Assembly: GCA_032718475.1 (NCBI GenBank)
Contig: JAUCBJ010007107.1
Location: 1 to 64,000, forward strand
DNA from: Nemertoderma westbladi
Lineage: Eukaryota; Animalia; Xenacoelomorpha
Length of the DNA: 64,000 bases
Direction of reading: 5' to 3'
Shown: positions 60,110-64,000 of the stretch, in pieces
Numbering within the stretch: position 1 is the first letter of the stretch
How the letters are laid out: every line of letters begins with the position of its first letter
Notes under the pieces: model-generated
The model's input: the letters and a program-made list of their open reading frames with translations, nothing else
Database searches by the model: none
Told to the model about the DNA's origin: nothing
Program-made: the position numbers and the translations under genes

Positions 60110-61317
60110 TGTAAAAGCTTTTGCGGGATATAACTGGCCCTTTTGCTTCGCAATCCAGTTTCCCTTAATGCGCTCAAATACTCTAAAGAAAAACTCCCTA
60201 ACTCAAAGGATGAAAGCTACCGGCTGATTGGCTGATTTGCCTAGCGACGGCCTCTTTGTTGGGTTCGATCAACCAACCAGAGCAAGGTCAACCAAGCAGA
60301 GCGATTCAGCCTTATGTTGGCTAAATCAATGTAATTGGCTGCAAAGGCTAGGGTGGTTTGGCATTTTAGACGATTTGGAACCTGTGGAATATGGAACTCT
60401 GCCAATGAGAGCTTTTCCTTTCTGTGTTGAAATCTACCTGCAGCAGCTCACAGGGTTCAGTGTGTTGGTTTTCCTGATGCCATGAACATCGGCCATGGAA
60501 TTATTCTGAATTATTCCAACATTAGAACGTCTTTAATTATAAGATCACATAACTGTTATCGGTACTACGGTACATGACCAGCACTGGACAGCGTGAGGAC
60601 CGGTACGGTACCTGCTGCTGTATTGCACATTATTTACTGCTATTTGCTGTTTGTTATTAAATGTATCATTCGTTTGCATATTGTTATTTGGAGAATAACT
60701 ATAAACGATCAGAAACCCCGATCTTCTTGATACACTAAGGTTAGAGAGACCGGCTACATATAGCAATTGCGGCTTATATTATCGTGGTTTGTAGTGTGTA
60801 GTGAATTGAATGCTATTTTATAGGCCCTACAAATGCCGGTTGCTATTCTCTTTATATATGATTAAAATCAGTGACTATCGGCAATTCAGTGTGCAGCGGT
60901 GTGCAATAGTCTGTATGTGCTTGTCCGCGTAACAAAGCATCTCCTAAAGAATGCGTCTTATGTGTAACTTATAATCCATTCGTTGTGTTTAGTGTAAGCC
61001 ATAGCTCTGTTTATATAGATAGAGCGCCACGTCCTAAAGGAACTGCTAATATTTCCCGAAAGTGAATAATATTTGTCAGAGATTATATATTAACGATCAA
61101 TCGAATAGTACGGTAGGCCTGCACCGCAATCAAATTAAAGCATCCGAATCCAGTCTCCCGGGTATATCCAGCGGGTGAATGGTCGCGCATAGACTGGCTT
61201 CGGCTAATGTTGGATTTATTTGTGTCAAATACTTGTCATAGGCTAAAGTCGATTTATAACCTAGAAGACATATAGATTTGGCGGGTTAAACTGCCAAAGG
61301 TCTTAAAAGCGCGAACA
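60110..61317 (+). repeat. 3' LTR of element 2
   Basis: TG...CA, preceded by tgggagcgg, followed by TSD acttt. Confidence 0.95.
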
Positions 61318-62316
61318 ACTTTTCTGGGCAGCTGGGTAGACTATGGTAGTGGGTTCCTGATCTTAGAATGCCGGTCAGCTGGTTAGTCCGCATAACTTCC
61401 ATTGTTGCAGTTGCCGAGTCGATGGATGGTTGGTAGTGTGGTAGGCCTATTGCTATTGTTGTATTGGCAGATTGGTATGTACATCTACATCTGATTATAC
61501 CAGTTGCCGGTGCCATCGGTCGTACCAATACATAGTCTTTAATTAACATATTTAACCGTTAACAAGAGTAGAAACCGCAAACGAAGAAATTCATTTTCTT
61601 CCGTCGCTGACAGGAGCATAGAAATGCGGTATACAGGTATAGTGCTGTCGTCGTTCAGTACCTACCGTGTACCGGTACCGTACCGGTAGTTCTGTAGTTG
61701 GCAGTTGCCACCAGTCCGGTTCTACAGTCTGAAGGTAGTAGGGCGGTACGGCGCCATCGGACCCTCTAATCTAATTCAGGACCGCAATCTCCGGAGTCTG
61801 CACTGCAGTGCATAACATGCTGGCATGGCTAATTAGGGCCTACAGAATTAGCCTGTTCTGTACCAGTATACCTGTATACGTGATCTATAATCACTGCACC
61901 GGTACCGCGGTATCAGTCAGCCAGTACCGTAAAACACCGAATACAGTATGGTATTGCAGTATTGCTGTATTGTCTGATTGCAGGATTCCTGATTCAGGGA
62001 TTGACATTGTACCGGTACAGGCAGACAGGACACAAAGGTATTACTGCAGTACTGTAATTTCATAATTTGCTAGAAACCCTGCTGATTTAGTCTCCTAGCA
62101 ACCTGCTGATGTCAAGCGTTATAATTTTGGATAAATAAATTTATTATAACTGTGCTATTAACACTGGTGCTGCACGAAGGCCCCAAGCAAATTCAACTTT
62201 GAAAATTTCTAAACTTTTGACGGACTATTTGTGTACCAAGTTTGGTTACATTTCATCGAGGATTGATCGAGTTATTAACGTTCAAAATTGAACACCACAA
62301 AAAAAGCGACAGAACG

Positions 62317-62413
62317 ACAGGTTGATTAATGGTACCCCTACGCTAAGGCTCACTCACTTCGGGGCTCGCCCCACAGGTTGATTAATGGTACCCCTACGCT
62401 AAGGCTCACTCAC
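62317..62413 (+). repeat. Short direct duplication (period 55 bp)
   Basis: acaggttgattaatggtacccctacgctaaggctcactcac occurs twice. Confidence 0.85.
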
Positions 62414-62416
62414 ATA

Positions 62417-63078
62417 ATTCTTGCAATCTTTGAACGTCCGTATCTCAGCTGTTTCTCAACGAAATTCAACAAAAATCGAATTGCATTTGGAATCCTTGCA
62501 AAGCAAGCTTTCTAATGGTATGAAAAATTCACTAATGATTATCAATGAGATTAATTAATGTGAAGTATGGCGACGATAGGAGATGTGCAATTTCGCAAAA
62601 GACACTTTTTTAAAACGCATATTAAACAAATTTACAGGCAAAATCGAAAATGCCGGCTTCATGTGGACATCGACGGTGAGTGGAACTAGTTGTTCAAGCA
62701 ATATGATAAAGACTAGTAGAAAAAGTTTGGGGGGGGGGGGGGGGGCGTGTCATCATAAAATGACACTATATTACGGGTCATGGTGTAATTGTTAGGGAAA
62801 ATCGGTAGTTTCACCAGGAAAACGCTACTAGGAAAAGTTATATGGAAAGAGTATTGGGTGGAATGTAGGGTTACCCCTCGGTTCGGATGGTTCATCCACC
62901 ACGAAACGCGGACCAGTACGATAAAAATCGTGGAGATCAGAAGCATCCCCCCATTCATCTGTAGTCTGAATCTATAGCTTTACTACTAATACTATAGGTG
63001 GAGCTTTTCTAGCGTCGCGATCTTCGCGAATGTTCTAGAAGAAAATATGTTAGTTCTCTCTAGAACTAACATATTTGG
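62417..63078. mobile_element. Uninterrupted copy of the dispersed repeat, ending in a hairpin (Helitron/HINE-like)
   Basis: Colinear with 21213-21950 plus 41042-41220 but lacking both insertions; terminal palindrome aaatatgttagttct-ctct-agaactaacatattt. Confidence 0.7.
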
Positions 63079-63299
63079 TATATCTCCACCCCCCCCCCCC
63101 CCCCCCCCCCCCCCTGTCTCGGATAGTTTCTCAGAACATTACAGTTTCACTAGTTTTAGGCGAAATTCAGTTTGAGGCAGTGATGGGGAATCAGTGAATG
63201 AGGCACAAATAGCTGGACCACTAAGCGGGAATTGAATAAAGTCAGAATCAGACATGGAAACAAATAAATGTACATTAAGGTGAGCAGAATTTTATGGCA

Positions 63300-64000
63300 T
63301 TAACCCTATTAAACCCGGGGGGGGGGGGTCAATATGACCCCCCCCGTGGTTTTTTTATTATAATTCTGAAACAAACGCAGTTGGGAATCTGAAATTTTAT
63401 GACTTTTCCTAAAAATCTATTGTCTTCCTAGTAGTGAAAACCGTTTTCAAAAATATTGGGTACTTTTCGAGTTATAGCACCATTTTTTAACCCTACTTTT
63501 GGCACTTTTTTTGAGACGTTTTTTGAAAATTACATTTCATTAAATATGAATTGTAACATCTCTATTTTTGATTTACACAGGTTTTTTGGTGTTAGAAAAG
63601 TGATGGAATTCATATAAATTGATTTAGAAATTTCAAACTTGTTTTTTTCGGTCGGTGCCTAATTTTGGTGCCAGCACCAAATTTTGAAATAAGTCAATTT
63701 TGTAAATTGATCGTTTGAAACTTGTTTTTTACGCAATTGGGGTTTTTTGGGTTTCTGGATTCGATGAAATATATACGAGTTGCACCAAGCGTATCAAACT
63801 TGTATTTTTCGGTGCTGTGTGCAAATTTTGGTGCTAGCACGAAATTTTGAAAATCCATTCAATAGATAAAATTGCTTGTGACTATTTATTTCTTGCGTTT
63901 TAGTGGTTTATGGCTGTTCTGAATTCAATGGAAAATATAATTATCGAACTAGACATCTCAAACTTGTATTTTTCGGATGTGGGTGCAAAATGTGGTGCTA
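63300..64000 (+). mobile_element. Start of a TTAA/CCC (piggyBac-like) non-autonomous element running off the window
   Basis: ttaa-ccctatt followed by gggggggtcaatatgacccccc hairpin and internal ttttggtgc repeats; second TIR not in the window. Confidence 0.45.

Larger units (their letters stand above)
46790..61317 (+). mobile_element. Non-autonomous three-LTR BEL/Pao element (element 2)
   Basis: LTRs 46790-47919 (3'-truncated), 49552-50759 and 60110-61317 (1208 bp, TG...CA); single 5-bp TSD acttt at 46785-46789 and 61318-61322. Confidence 0.93.

Overview
Repeat-rich invertebrate-animal-like genomic DNA. Host genes are a single-exon WAPL (cohesin release factor) homologue (6351-9353) and a small Cys-rich secreted or membrane protein (19296-18619). 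Most of the window is mobile DNA. (i) A 19.1-kb, apparently intact, very young BEL/Pao LTR retrotransposon (21951-41036) has 2.2-kb LTRs, a GGTGG TSD, a 2812-aa gag-pol and an extra 1235-aa non-env ORF with three CCHC knuckles. (ii) A related non-autonomous three-LTR BEL/Pao element (46790-61317, ACTTT TSD) has a diverged solo LTR nearby. (iii) A 5.3 x 411-bp tandem array carries, in each unit, a tRNA-like Pol III promoter fused to a minimal type I hammerhead ribozyme (retrozyme-like, with a flanking direct repeat). (iv) There are also a decayed Gypsy element, several MITEs and a tRNA-SINE. The most striking signal is that both BEL/Pao elements lack a tRNA primer-binding site. Instead, the 10-11 nt after each 5' LTR are complementary to a site inside that element's own LTR. 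The sequences differ between the two elements but the pairing is kept, which suggests tRNA-independent (Tf1-like) self-priming. All comparisons were made by eye.
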